Shown here piece after piece: positions 36,089 through 46,796 of a stretch of 64,000 nucleotides of DNA (position 1 is the stretch's first letter; each line of letters starts with the position of its first letter). A model generated the notes under the pieces. The model saw only the letters and a program-made list of their open reading frames with translations, had not been told where the DNA came from and searched no databases. The position numbers and the translations under genes were made by a program. This DNA comes from Dehalococcoidia bacterium (lineage in GTDB: Bacteria; Chloroflexota; Dehalococcoidia; Bin125). Where the stretch lies: NCBI GenBank assembly GCA_963662615.2, contig CAXXSR010000002.1, forward strand, positions 416,001 through 480,000, in the 5' to 3' direction.

Positions 36089-38850
36089 CGGCGCGCTCGC
36101 AGATCGAGCCGAGCCGGGGTCAGCGCCTGTCCGGCTCTGGACGGGAAATCGACGGCGCCCAGCGTGAGGCGAGTCGCTCCCCCGCGCCGACGTCGCGGGG
36201 GTGGCGCGGACTGGAGGCGGCGATCACGCTCGCCATCCTGATGGTCGTGGTGCTGACCGTGGCGGACAGCATTGCGGCGGCGGCGTGGGTGGAAGATTCG
36301 CCCGATCTGCTCCTGGTCGCGGGGCTGGGGTTGGTGGTCGCCGGGCTGCTGGCCGCCTCTCCCTTGCGCTGGCCGGTCGCCATCCTGCTGGGCCTGCTCG
36401 CCGGCGCCGTGGTCGTCCTCTGGCAGGTCCTGACGGTGGATCTGGTGGCCGATCAGCCGCTCTTCTTCGAGCGTTTTCGCGACCTGGGGGTGCGCTTGGA
36501 TGATTGGTTCCGGCAGGCGTTCCGGTCGGACCTCGCCACCGACAATCTCCCCTTCATCTTCTTCGTCTCGGTGGCGCTCTGGGTGGCCACGTTCCCCACG
36601 TCGTTTCTCGTCTGGCGCCGTCGCAATCCGTGGCCGCTGCTGATCGTGCTCGGGGTGATGCTGGCCTTCAACGTGCGCTACCTGAGCGGGAGGCAGTGGG
36701 ACCTCCATTTCGCCTTTTTCGTGGCCGGCGCCGGGCTCCTGATCATGCGGACGACGCTGTTGGGCCGGATGGCGCGGTGGCGAGCGACGGGCACGCCCTA
36801 TCCGACCTATCTCAGCTTGAGCTTCCTGGCCGTGACCGTGGTGGCGGTGGCGGCGCTGGTCGGAGTGACGCGAGCGCTGCCGCGGCCCGACCGCCCGGAG
36901 GCGTTCTCCAATTTCTGGTCCGGGGTGACGGCTCCGTTCCCCGACTTCGTGGACCAGTTGCAAGACCTCTTCAGCGGGATCGACCTCAGCCGCGGCGGTT
37001 CCATTCACGATTTCGGCGACAGCTTCGTCATGCAGGGCGGCATCTCGGCGAAGCGGGGCATTCGGGTCCGCGTGGACTCCCCTGAGTCCGGGCTCCTGCG
37101 CGGCGCGACCTACGACCGCTACACGACGCGGGGTTGGGATCGGTCGGGGACGGTCACGGCGTCCGTGGGCGGGGAGCGTGCCATCACCGCGCTGTCCGGC
37201 GACGATGAGGAGGGCTACCGCGAGCGGCGGGACGTGACCGTGCGCCTGTCCATGGAGACAGAGTCGGAGGTGCTGTTTACGTTCGGCATGCCGGCGACGA
37301 TCGACCACGAGGTGAGCGTGGTCCAGCCGGAGCCGGCGCGCGTGCGCCTTGGTGTGAACGCGGCCGGCGGGGGCGCGCCCTCGGCGGAGCTGGCCCTCGC
37401 TTCGCAAGAGATCGCACTGCGTCAGACGGTCGAGCCACTGACCGACGAGCAGGTGCTGGCGCTGCTCCCGGAGGGGTACGACGTCGTTGGGGTGGAGCGC
37501 GATCTGGAGGGCGAAGCGCTGCGCGCACTTGAGCTGGAGAGCCGGCCGGAGCAGATGGACGTGGTGGCGCTGCGCCCCCTGGATACGGTCGAGCGCGGCT
37601 TCACCTATCGCGTGACGGGGACCGTCTCAGACGCCCTGCCGGCCGCCCTGCGGGCAGCGGGCACGGACTATCCCTTCTGGGTACGCGATCGCTTCCTACA
37701 GCTGCCCGCCAGCCTGTTGGACAGTGACCGCGCCAGGCTCCTGGCCTTGGCGCGCCTGGTCACGACGGACACCGACAGCCACTATGACGCCGCCGTGGCG
37801 ATCAGCGGCTTCCTCTGCTGCTCGGTGCTCGCAGGGGAGGACGGCCAGCCCGTTCTCACCGCGGACGGGCTGCCGCGCCTGCGCTATCCGTTCTCCCGGC
37901 ACGTGCAGAGCCCGCCGCGCCACGTTGACACCGTCGCCTGGTGGCTGTTCGATCACCGGGACGCCGATGGTTATCCGGCGGGCGGCTACTACGACTACTA
38001 CTCGAGTTCCATGGCGGTGCTCCTGCGCAGCCTGGGCATCCCGGCGCGGGTGACTGCCGGCTACGTCCTGAATGAGAACAACTACGACGCGCGCACCGAC
38101 ACCTACATTGTGCAGGTGGCGCACACGTACTCCTGGGTGGAGGTCTTCTTCCCGAGCTACGGCTGGGTGGAGTTTGACCCCACGCCGCGGAACACGGGGG
38201 AGGAGTTCGCCGACATTGGCGGCGATCGCCTGAGCAACCAGGGGCTCGCCCCCTTCCGCTCGGAATCGCTCGACGCCGGCGGGCTCCTTGGTGTCGAGGG
38301 GCTGGCTGCGTTCTTCGCGGCGGGTATCCTGGTGGACGACAGCCCTGCGAGCCAGGTCGATGAGGGGACCGATGGTGGCGGTCAGCGCTGGCTGATCCTG
38401 GGCCCGCTGATCGGCTTGGGGCTGATCGTTACGGCGGGGGGCGGCACCGCGCTGGCCTGGCGGGTTTCCCTGCGTGGCTTGAGTCCGATAGAGCGAACCT
38501 GGAAGTCCACGCAGCGTCTCTCCCGCTTCGCGGGGTTGCCGGCGGACCCGGCGGCGACGCCGTCGGAGTACGCCGCCAGGGTGGGCGCGGCCGTGGGAGC
38601 CTCCGCGTCCGCGCGGAGGCTGGCGGACTCTTACGCGCGTCAGCGCTTCGGCGGAAAGCGCCTCACGGACCGCGAGATCGGCGAGGCCCGGCGCTCCGGG
38701 GGGATCCTCCGCAGCCGACTGCTCCGTCACCTGCTGCGTCTGCCGCAGCCGCTGCCAGAGTCCGTCGCCAAAAAGAGCGCGCCGCGCGCCCAGGACGACG
38801 GGCGCGCCTCCGGCGAACAGCCGCCCACCGACGGCCCTAGCGAGCGCTAG
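36085..38850 (+). CDS. Membrane transglutaminase-like (TgpA-type) protein with substituted catalytic residues
   Basis: Multiple TM helices, MAVLLRSLGIPARV..GY, WVEVFFP.YGWVEFDPTP; third gene of a moxR-DUF58-TG operon. Confidence 0.9.
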   Translation: MTARSQIEPSRGQRLSGSGREIDGAQREASRSPAPTSRGWRGLEAAITLAILMVVVLTVADSIAAAAWVEDSPDLLLVAGLGLVVAGLLAASPLRWPVAILLGLLAGAVVVLWQVLTVDLVADQPLFFERFRDLGVRLDDWFRQAFRSDLATDNLPFIFFVSVALWVATFPTSFLVWRRRNPWPLLIVLGVMLAFNVRYLSGRQWDLHFAFFVAGAGLLIMRTTLLGRMARWRATGTPYPTYLSLSFLAVTVVAVAALVGVTRALPRPDRPEAFSNFWSGVTAPFPDFVDQLQDLFSGIDLSRGGSIHDFGDSFVMQGGISAKRGIRVRVDSPESGLLRGATYDRYTTRGWDRSGTVTASVGGERAITALSGDDEEGYRERRDVTVRLSMETESEVLFTFGMPATIDHEVSVVQPEPARVRLGVNAAGGGAPSAELALASQEIALRQTVEPLTDEQVLALLPEGYDVVGVERDLEGEALRALELESRPEQMDVVALRPLDTVERGFTYRVTGTVSDALPAALRAAGTDYPFWVRDRFLQLPASLLDSDRARLLALARLVTTDTDSHYDAAVAISGFLCCSVLAGEDGQPVLTADGLPRLRYPFSRHVQSPPRHVDTVAWWLFDHRDADGYPAGGYYDYYSSSMAVLLRSLGIPARVTAGYVLNENNYDARTDTYIVQVAHTYSWVEVFFPSYGWVEFDPTPRNTGEEFADIGGDRLSNQGLAPFRSESLDAGGLLGVEGLAAFFAAGILVDDSPASQVDEGTDGGGQRWLILGPLIGLGLIVTAGGGTALAWRVSLRGLSPIERTWKSTQRLSRFAGLPADPAATPSEYAARVGAAVGASASARRLADSYARQRFGGKRLTDREIGEARRSGGILRSRLLRHLLRLPQPLPESVAKKSAPRAQDDGRASGEQPPTDGPSER

Positions 38851-38854
38851 GACC

Positions 38855-39127
38855 TCAGAGGGCCGAGCCGGGCGGGAGGGGGTCATCGTCGCCGCGGCGC
38901 TCCAGGGCGACGCGCGCTTCCCGCTCCCACTCCTCTGGGACCAGAACGCGCGTGGCCAGAGCGGAGGGTCCGAGGAAGGAGACCGCGTCGCCGGCGGCGA
39001 TGCGAGCCGGGACGGCCAGCTGGCGGAGGAACTGTATGACGACCTCCGCGCTGAGTTGGTCCGGCTCCTCGGCGACGACGACCCAGCGGCCTCCGCGCCG
39101 CGATTCCCTGGCGCCTTGACTGCTCAC
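38855..39127 (-). CDS. DUF2007-like small protein
   Basis: WVVV..AEV..FL...VPA...RVLVPEE..EAR..L pattern. Confidence 0.65.
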   Translation of the reverse strand: MSSQGARESRRGGRWVVVAEEPDQLSAEVVIQFLRQLAVPARIAAGDAVSFLGPSALATRVLVPEEWEREARVALERRGDDDPLPPGSAL

Positions 39128-39305
39128 CGAGCGCTCCTATCGCCCTCTGCTCGCTGCGCCCCCTGGCTTTGCTGTGGAGCCCCTTGGCGGGGGAGCCCTG
39201 GTCAGGCGGAGGGGGGCTGACGGCGTTGACGCCCGCGGGCGGTGACCAGATTGTCGCACGCGCGGCGGCGCTCATGCGTCGGGGGCGGTGCTTCCCGGGC
39301 AGTGG

Positions 39306-42300
39306 TCATCCAGCCGTGGTGGTGAGGGGCCGCGCCTCGACTTCGGCGTCGCCGTGCTCGCCCAGCGCCTGCTTGAGATCGTTCACCATGGCCCAGGACG
39401 CGGCGCAGCCGGGCAGCGCCAGCGTGACGCGCTCGCCCACGCCGCTGATGGTCAGGAAGGCGGGGTGCGGTCCGGGCGTCCCCTTGACCACGCGGATGGC
39501 CTCGTGCAGCCGCCACTGGTCCGCCGCCTCATCCGCCGATTCCGTGATGCGGATTTGCAGCGTCAAACCCGTTGCGTCCGCCGCGTCGCCGTTCGGGCGG
39601 ACGGGCGGCGGCGGGGCGGATTCTCGGATCTCGCGCGGGGCGGCGGACGCTGGCTCGGCGTCGAGTGAGGGGGGCGACGCCGGCTCCCCCTCGTGGGCGG
39701 CGGCGGCCGGCCCCCGATGTGCCGGGACCCCGCGCTGCCCTGCGTTCGGGCGCGGCGGAGCGCTGTCGTCCGTTGTGGCGTCCGTGGTGGCGTCCCTGGT
39801 GGCTGTCGACGGCGGGCGGCGCTTGTCCGCGCGGACGTCCCAGAGAGTGGGGTCGTCGGCGAGGAGGCCGCCGTCGCCAGCCACGGCTTCTTCGTAGGCG
39901 GTCACGTTTTCCACCGCCAGCGTCAGCCGTCCCGCGCGATTTCGCACCCGCGCGTGGATGAGGAGGATGTTGCCGTCCTGCCAGAGGTGCGGGGTGGCGG
40001 CGTAGAGGTCGGGCCAGACGGTCACCTCCACGCTGCCCGAGAGGTCCTCGATCTCGCAGGCGCAGAAGGCTTGGCCCTTGCGCGTCGTGAGCGGTCGCAC
40101 CAGGGTGACGGTGCCGGCGACGACAGCGTCCTGCCCCTCCATCTCCTCACTGATCTCCGCCGCCTGCGCCGTGACGTGGGGCTCCAGCGCGGCCGCCGCC
40201 CGCTGGAAGGGGTGCTCGGAGACGTAGGCGCCCAGGAGCTCTTTTTCCCACTGCAGGAGTTCGGCGCGGGTCACGTCGGCGTTGGACAGCTCATCCAGGA
40301 GGAGTTCGGGGCGGGGGGTGGCGACCTCTTCCCCAAACAGGTCGAACATGGTGGTCTGGCCGCTGGCCTTGAGCTCCCGTTCGCGCTGCCCCAGGCGGAC
40401 CAGGCGGTCGATGCCGGCCAAGGCGGGCCCGCGCGGCGCCAGGCCGTCGAGCGCGCCGGCCTTAATCAGGCTCTCCAGGGCTCGCTTGTTGAGCGCGCGC
40501 AGGTCGGCGCGGCGGCAGAGCTCTTCCAAGGATGCGTAGGCGCCGTTGGCTTCTCGCTCCGCGATCAGCGCGTCGATGGCGCCGCTGCCGACGTTCTTGA
40601 CGTTGGCGAGGCCGAAGCGGATGCCCTGACGGCCGTCCGCCAGCGCTTCGACGGAGAACGTCTGCTGGGATCGGTTCAGGTCGGGGGGGAGCAGCGGCAT
40701 TCCTAAGCGGCCGCACTCCGCCGCGGCGAGGCCGATACGGTCGGTGTTGTCCGCGGCGGCGCGCAGCACGGCCGTCATGTAGGGCACGGGGTAGTGCGCC
40801 TTCAGGTAGGCCGTCTGGTAGGCGATGCTGCCGTAGCAGACGGCATGCGCTTTGTTGAAGGCGTAACCGGCGAACGGCTCGATCAGATCGAAGACCGTCG
40901 TGGCGTCGGCTTCGCTGTAACCGCGCTCGCGGGCGCCGGCCACGAAGCCGCCCCGCTCCGCCTGCATCACCGCCTCGATCTTCTTGCCCATGGCTTTGCG
41001 CATGACGTCCGCCTGGCCCAGCGTGTAGCCGGCGAACTTCTGCGCGATCTGCAGCACCTGGTCCTGATAGATAATGACGCCGTAGGTCTCGTCGAGGGTC
41101 TCGGCGAGATCGGGGTGCGGGTACTGGATCGCCTCCTCGCCATGATTGGCGCGGATGTAGCGGGGAATGTGCTCCATGGGCCCCGGGCGGTAGAGCGCGA
41201 CGAGCGCCGCGACCTCGGCCAGGGAGGAGGGGCGCAACGCCTGCACGTAGCGCCGCATGCCCGCCGATTCCAGCTGGAAGATCCCGAACGTCTCGCCGCG
41301 CCCGAGCAGCTCAAATGTCGCCGCGTCGCCCTCGGGGAGGTCAAGGTAGTCCAGGTGCGCGCCGGTCAACTCCTCAATCAGCTCCACCGCGCCGCTGAGA
41401 ATAGTGAGATTGGTCAGCCCCAAGAAGTCCATCTTGAGCAGGCCGATCTCCGCGCACTGATTCATGGCCCACTGCGTCATGGGGATGGAGTGTTCGTCGC
41501 CGCGGGGGGGGCGTTGGAGCGGCACGTTCTGCATGAGCGGGTCGCGGGCGATGACGACGGCGGCGGCGTGCGTGCCGGCATGACGGGCCACGCCTTCCAG
41601 TTTGCGCGCCTGCTCAATGAGCTTGCGGATCGGCGGCTCCGTCTCATAGCTGCGGCGGAGATCGGCGCTCTGGTCCAGCGCCTCATCCAAGGTGATGTTG
41701 ATCTGTCCGGGCACCAGCCGCGCGACGCGGTCGGTGTCGGGGAAGGGCATGCCCAGGGCGCGGCCGGTGTCACGCAGCGCCGCCCTGGCTCCCAGGGTGC
41801 CGAAGGTGATCATCTGCGCCACGCGGTCATGCCCGTATTTGTCCGCCACGTAGCGGATGACTTCGTCACGGCGGTTGTCGGCGAAGTCCATGTCAATGTC
41901 GGGCATCTCGCGCCGTTCGGCGTTGAGGAAGCGCTCGAAGACGAGGTTGTGGCGGAGGGGATCGATGTCGGTGATGTCGAGGCAGTAGAGGATGATGCTG
42001 GCGGCCGCGCTGCCGCGCACGCCCATGGCGATGCGACGCCGGCGGGCGAACTGGGCGAAGTCCCGCACGATGAGGAAGTACTCGGCGAAGCCGGTCTGCT
42101 GCACCACCTCCAGCTCATGGTTGAGCCGATCAATCTGTTCCGGCGTGGGCTCGCCGTAGCGTTGCTCTAGGCCCTGCAAGGCGAGCGCGGCGAGGTGCTC
42201 CTGGGCCGACGTCCCCGACGGCAGATCCGGCTCCGGCAGTTGCAGGCGGCCGAATTCCAGTGTCACGTCGCAGCGCTCGGCGATGGCGGTAGTGATGTCG

Positions 42301-43076
42301 ATCGCCTCCGGCAGGTCGGGGAAGCGCTCTCGCATCTCGGCTTCGCTGGTGAGGTAGTAATCGTCGCCGTCGAGCCGGAAGCGGTCGGCCTGGTCCATGG
42401 TGCTGTTCGTGCCGATGCAGAGCAGCACCTCGTGGGTGAGCGCGTCCTCGGGCGCGCAGTAGTGCGAATCGTGGGTGGCGACGAGGGGGATGCCGGTCTC
42501 CCGCGACAGCGTGACCAGGCGGGGGATGACGGGGGTGAACTTGGGGTCGGCGTGGTTCTGGATCTCAAGGTAGTAGCGGTCGCCGAAGAGTTCGCGGTGC
42601 CAGGCGGCGATGGCGCGGGCGTCGTCCCAGCGCTCTTCGGCCAGGGCTCCGTGCAATTCGCCCGAGGGACAGCCGGAGAGCGCAATGAGCCCCTCGCTGT
42701 GCTCGGCCAGGAGTTCACGGTCCATGCGGGGCCGGTAGTAGAAGCCTTCCAGATGCGCCCGGGTGGCGAGGGTGACGAGGTTGTGCCAGCCCACGTTGTT
42801 CTGGGCCAGCAAGACCAGGTGGTGGTAGTCCCAGCGGGCGCGGGAGTCGCGATCGCGGCGGTTGCCGCCGGCGACGTAGGCCTCGATCCCCAGGATCGGG
42901 TGGAGGCCGGCGCTCTTGGCGCCCTTGGCGAAGTCAATGGCGCCGTAGAGGTTGCCGTGGTCCGTGATGGCGATGGCTTCCTGGCCCAGGCTGCGGGCGC
43001 GCTCCAGGAGCGGGTCGATCTTGGAGAGCCCGTCCAGGAGGCTGAACTCGGTGTGGGTGTGGAGATGGGTAAACAT
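39306..43076 (-). CDS. dnaE: DNA polymerase III alpha subunit
   Basis: FTHLHTHTEFSLLDG PHP domain, RGSAAAS, PDIDMDF, GLLKMDFLGL, OB fold. Confidence 0.98.
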   Translation of the reverse strand: MFTHLHTHTEFSLLDGLSKIDPLLERARSLGQEAIAITDHGNLYGAIDFAKGAKSAGLHPILGIEAYVAGGNRRDRDSRARWDYHHLVLLAQNNVGWHNLVTLATRAHLEGFYYRPRMDRELLAEHSEGLIALSGCPSGELHGALAEERWDDARAIAAWHRELFGDRYYLEIQNHADPKFTPVIPRLVTLSRETGIPLVATHDSHYCAPEDALTHEVLLCIGTNSTMDQADRFRLDGDDYYLTSEAEMRERFPDLPEAIDITTAIAERCDVTLEFGRLQLPEPDLPSGTSAQEHLAALALQGLEQRYGEPTPEQIDRLNHELEVVQQTGFAEYFLIVRDFAQFARRRRIAMGVRGSAAASIILYCLDITDIDPLRHNLVFERFLNAERREMPDIDMDFADNRRDEVIRYVADKYGHDRVAQMITFGTLGARAALRDTGRALGMPFPDTDRVARLVPGQINITLDEALDQSADLRRSYETEPPIRKLIEQARKLEGVARHAGTHAAAVVIARDPLMQNVPLQRPPRGDEHSIPMTQWAMNQCAEIGLLKMDFLGLTNLTILSGAVELIEELTGAHLDYLDLPEGDAATFELLGRGETFGIFQLESAGMRRYVQALRPSSLAEVAALVALYRPGPMEHIPRYIRANHGEEAIQYPHPDLAETLDETYGVIIYQDQVLQIAQKFAGYTLGQADVMRKAMGKKIEAVMQAERGGFVAGARERGYSEADATTVFDLIEPFAGYAFNKAHAVCYGSIAYQTAYLKAHYPVPYMTAVLRAAADNTDRIGLAAAECGRLGMPLLPPDLNRSQQTFSVEALADGRQGIRFGLANVKNVGSGAIDALIAEREANGAYASLEELCRRADLRALNKRALESLIKAGALDGLAPRGPALAGIDRLVRLGQRERELKASGQTTMFDLFGEEVATPRPELLLDELSNADVTRAELLQWEKELLGAYVSEHPFQRAAAALEPHVTAQAAEISEEMEGQDAVVAGTVTLVRPLTTRKGQAFCACEIEDLSGSVEVTVWPDLYAATPHLWQDGNILLIHARVRNRAGRLTLAVENVTAYEEAVAGDGGLLADDPTLWDVRADKRRPPSTATRDATTDATTDDSAPPRPNAGQRGVPAHRGPAAAAHEGEPASPPSLDAEPASAAPREIRESAPPPPVRPNGDAADATGLTLQIRITESADEAADQWRLHEAIRVVKGTPGPHPAFLTISGVGERVTLALPGCAASWAMVNDLKQALGEHGDAEVEARPLTTTAG

Positions 43077-43150
43077 CTGTTCGGGTAGGAGTCTAGCAAC
43101 GGTCGTGCCGTCGCTGTCAGGGCTTATGCAGTGAGGCGCCGGCCAGCCGC

Positions 43151-44401
43151 TCAGGCGCGGCTGGGGACCGGCTCGTCGAGCTGGAAGGCGGCGTGGAGGA
43201 CGCGCACGGCCTCCGCCGCCACGTCTTGGTGGACCAGGGCGGTGATGCGGATCTCGCTGGTGGTGATCAGCTCAATGTTGATCGTGGCGTCGGCCAGGGC
43301 CCGGAACATGGTGGCGGCGTAGCCCACCCCGGACTGCATGCCAGTGCCCACGACGCTCACTTTGGCGAGGTGCTCGTCAACGATGACCGCCCCGGCGTTT
43401 ATCTCCGCGGCGACGCCCTGGACGATCTCGATTGCGCGCGCTTTCTGATCGCGGTAGATGCTGAAGGTGAGGTCGGTGAGCCGCTCCACGCTGGCGTTCT
43501 GGACGATGGTGTCCACGACGATGCCGGCGTCGGCGAGGGGGCCGAACAGTTGCGCGGCGATGCCGGGGCGGTCGGGCACGGCGCGCACGGTCACAGCGGC
43601 GACGTCGCCGTCCAGCGCCACGCCGCGTACGCGATTCTCGGGCTCCATCTCCACCTGCCTGCGAATCAAGGTACCGGGCTCGCTCTCCTTGAAGGAAGAG
43701 GCGACCAGGATGGGCAGGTCATAGAGCAGTCCCAACTCCACCGCGCGTGGATGCACAACGCCGGCTCCCTGTGAGGCCAGCTCCAGCATCTCCTCGTAGG
43801 TGAGATCGTGCAGCTTGCGCGCCCGCGGCGCAATTCGCGGGTCGGCGCTGAAGACGCCGTCCACGTCCGTGTAGATCTCGGCGCGTTCCGCTCCTAACGC
43901 GGCGGCCAGGGCGACGGCGGAGGTGTCGGATCCGCCCCGGCCCAAGGTGGTGAAGTCCTGGTCCGGGCTGATCCCCTGGAAGCCGGCGATGATGACAACG
44001 TGTTCGCGTTCCAGCTCGACACTGATGCGGTCGGCGTTGACGCGGGTGATGCGCGCGCGATTGAACGTGTCGTCGGTGTAGACGCCGGCTTGGGCGCCGG
44101 TGAGGCCGATGGCGGGATGGCCGAGATCGCGCAGCGCCATGGCCAGCAGGGCGACGCTGACCATCTCTCCGCTGGCCAGGAGCATGTCGTAGTCGCGCCC
44201 TTCGGGATGGGGCGTGATCTGGCGCGCCAGCGCCACCAACTCGTCCGTGGTCGTGCCCATGGCGGAGACGACCACAACGACCTGGTCGCCGCCCTCCGCG
44301 CGTCGCGCGATCCGCCGCGCCACCCGGCGCAGATGTTCGGTATCGGCGACGCTGCTGCCGCCGTATTTCTGGACGACGGGCGGAGTCTCTGCGGCGGCCA
44401 T
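43151..44401 (-). CDS. lysC: Aspartate kinase
   Basis: VQKYGGSSV, TTLGRGGSD, YTDVDG, two ACT domains, TSEIRI. Confidence 0.96.
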   Translation of the reverse strand: MAAAETPPVVQKYGGSSVADTEHLRRVARRIARRAEGGDQVVVVVSAMGTTTDELVALARQITPHPEGRDYDMLLASGEMVSVALLAMALRDLGHPAIGLTGAQAGVYTDDTFNRARITRVNADRISVELEREHVVIIAGFQGISPDQDFTTLGRGGSDTSAVALAAALGAERAEIYTDVDGVFSADPRIAPRARKLHDLTYEEMLELASQGAGVVHPRAVELGLLYDLPILVASSFKESEPGTLIRRQVEMEPENRVRGVALDGDVAAVTVRAVPDRPGIAAQLFGPLADAGIVVDTIVQNASVERLTDLTFSIYRDQKARAIEIVQGVAAEINAGAVIVDEHLAKVSVVGTGMQSGVGYAATMFRALADATINIELITTSEIRITALVHQDVAAEAVRVLHAAFQLDEPVPSRA

Positions 44402-44426
44402 CTGCTTGGGCGTTCCCCTCCCGGCC

Positions 44427-45356
44427 CTAGCGGGAAGCCGTGACGATCTCGGCGCCCCGGCCGCACGGCGACACGACGAAGGCTCTGCCAGCCAGGCCGA
44501 GGGCGTCGGCGGCGCCTGCGAGGGCGATGCTGACGGGCTCCGCCCGCGCGCTGTCGCTGAGGGCCATGACGGTGGAGCCGCCTCCCGAGAGGTAAGCACA
44601 GTACGCCCCTGCCTCCGTGGCCGCCAGGAACAGGTCGTACATCTGGGGGAAGAGCTTGCTGCGGGCGGGCTGATGCAGGCGATCGTCGGTGGAGACTTGC
44701 AGGGCGTCCCAGCGCCCCGTTGCCAGGGCGGCCACGAGGAGCGCCGCACGACTGCTGTTGTGGACGGCGTCGGCGCGGCTCAGGCGTTTGGGCAAGAGCG
44801 GGCGGGTCTGTGCCGTGGGCATGGAGAAGTCCGGCGTGAACCCGGCACAGCGCAGGTCCGGGGAGATCGGCACGGCGACCCGCGCCACCGTCAGGGCGCC
44901 GGCGCCGTCCTCCGCCAGCGCCACCACCTGGAGCCCTCCGAAGAGAGCCGGCGCCATATTGTCGGCGTGCCCCTCCTTGTCCGTGCGTCCCTCCAGCGCG
45001 GTCCCCAGTTGCAGCAGGGTCTGGTCGTTGAGGAGGCCGCCCATCAAAGCGTTGGCGCCCACGAGACCGCCCGCGCGGGCGGCGGCGCTCGCGCCCAGCC
45101 CGCGCCCGACGGGGAATTCGCTCTCGACTTCGATATCGAGGCCGCGCGGGGGCGGCTGCTCAGCGTGTTTGTAGGCGGCCTGCGCCGCTCCGGCCACCAT
45201 GCGACGCCAGGGCTCCGGCCGCCGCCGGGGGCTTCCGTCGTGGAGGGTGAGCGTGACGTCCGCGAACAGCGAGAGGGCGAGCCCCACGGCGTCGAAGCCG
45301 GTCCCCAAATTCGCACTGGACGCGGGCACGCGGACGGTGACGGATTGCGCGAGCAT
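44427..45356 (-). CDS. thrB: Homoserine kinase
   Basis: VPASSANLG.GFD, PVGRGLGAS, GHADN, LSGGGST. Confidence 0.95.
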   Translation of the reverse strand: MLAQSVTVRVPASSANLGTGFDAVGLALSLFADVTLTLHDGSPRRRPEPWRRMVAGAAQAAYKHAEQPPPRGLDIEVESEFPVGRGLGASAAARAGGLVGANALMGGLLNDQTLLQLGTALEGRTDKEGHADNMAPALFGGLQVVALAEDGAGALTVARVAVPISPDLRCAGFTPDFSMPTAQTRPLLPKRLSRADAVHNSSRAALLVAALATGRWDALQVSTDDRLHQPARSKLFPQMYDLFLAATEAGAYCAYLSGGGSTVMALSDSARAEPVSIALAGAADALGLAGRAFVVSPCGRGAEIVTASR

Positions 45357-45607
45357 GCAGCGGGGCGGGCCTCCTGCTGAGTCTATGACCGCCCGCAACG
45401 AGCGTCCATGAACCGAGCCTGATCACGGCTCCACGGTCGCGCGGGGAGATGGCCCGCGCTCGACGATACACTGGACGCCGGCGCCGCGGACGCTCGCTGC
45501 CGTGACGCATGCGGGCGGAAGCGTATTGCAATTCGCAAGGGTCAAGGGAAGGGCGCGTCCGCGTGGCCTGATTGTTATGCTCGGGACGCGGAGAGGACTG
45601 AGACGAC

Positions 45608-46789
45608 ATGGACGAGGTCGTGATCATCAGCGGGGTGCGGACCGCAATCGGCGCATTCGGCGGCGGCTTCACGGAGACCGGCGCCGCGGAGCTGGGGTCG
45701 GTGGTGATCAAGGAGGCGGTCCAACGCGCCGGTATTGCGCCGGCGCAGGTGGATCAGGTGATCATGGGCTGTGCCGGCCAGTTCGGCGAAGACGCCTACG
45801 TTGCCCGCACGGCGGCGCTGGGAGCCGGCCTGCCGAATACGGTCCCGGCCTACACAGTGAACCGGCTCTGCGCCAGCGGCCTGGAGGCGATCAACGCGGC
45901 GGCCCGCTGGATTGAGACCGGCGACGCGGAGATCGTGGTCGCCGGCGGGACGGAAAACATGAGCCGCTATCCCTACCTGCTCCCAGATGCGCGCTGGGGT
46001 ACGCGCATGGGGGACCGCACCTTGCAGGACGGGCTCACCCAGATCCTCAGCGACCCGTTCCACCGCTATCACATGGGCGTCACCGCCGAGAACCTGGTAG
46101 AGCGCTGGAGCCTCTCGCGGGAGGAGATGGACGAGCACGCGCTGCAGAGCCACCAGCGGGCCGTCGCCGCGATCGATGCGGGGCGCTTCCAGGAGCAGAC
46201 CGTCGCTGTCGAAGCGCGCAAGGGGCGCAAGACGCAGGTCATTGACGTGGACGAGCACCCGCGCCGGGACGCGACTCTGGAAGGGATGGCGGCGTTGCGG
46301 CCGGCCTTTCAGCGCGACGGCGAGGTGACGGCCGGAAACGCCAGCGGCATCAACGACGGCGCCGCCGCGGTGGTGCTGACGACGGCGGAGAAGGCGGCCG
46401 AGTTGGGGTTGAAACCGTCGCTGCGGCTGGTCGGGCGGGCCAATGCGGGCGTCGATCCAGCCATCATGGGCACCGGCCCAATTCCGGCCACCCAACAGGT
46501 GCTGGCGCGCACGGGACTGAGCGCGGACGACATGGACGTCATTGAACTGAATGAGGCGTTCTCCTCGGTGGCGCTGGTGTGCGCGCGGGAGCTGGGGCTT
46601 GACTCCGAGAAGACGAACCCGAATGGCGGCGCGGTGGCAATGGGCCATCCGGTGGGCGCAACCGGCGCCATCCTCACCGTGAAGACGCTCTACGAGCTTG
46701 AACGGACGGGCGGGAAGTACGGGCTGGTGACCTTGTGCGTCGGCGGCGGCCAGGGGATCGCCAGCATCTTCGAGCGCGTCTCGGCCTGA
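45608..46789 (+). CDS. Acetyl-CoA C-acyltransferase (thiolase)
   Basis: NRLCASG, NEAF, GHPVGATG, LCVGGGQG. Confidence 0.96.
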   Translation: MDEVVIISGVRTAIGAFGGGFTETGAAELGSVVIKEAVQRAGIAPAQVDQVIMGCAGQFGEDAYVARTAALGAGLPNTVPAYTVNRLCASGLEAINAAARWIETGDAEIVVAGGTENMSRYPYLLPDARWGTRMGDRTLQDGLTQILSDPFHRYHMGVTAENLVERWSLSREEMDEHALQSHQRAVAAIDAGRFQEQTVAVEARKGRKTQVIDVDEHPRRDATLEGMAALRPAFQRDGEVTAGNASGINDGAAAVVLTTAEKAAELGLKPSLRLVGRANAGVDPAIMGTGPIPATQQVLARTGLSADDMDVIELNEAFSSVALVCARELGLDSEKTNPNGGAVAMGHPVGATGAILTVKTLYELERTGGKYGLVTLCVGGGQGIASIFERVSA

Positions 46790-46796
46790 GGGGCTG

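Noticed and set aside
39306-43076. Intein in dnaE
   Set aside because: Extra length is a low-complexity Ala/Pro linker near the C-terminus; no splice-junction or homing endonuclease motifs seen.
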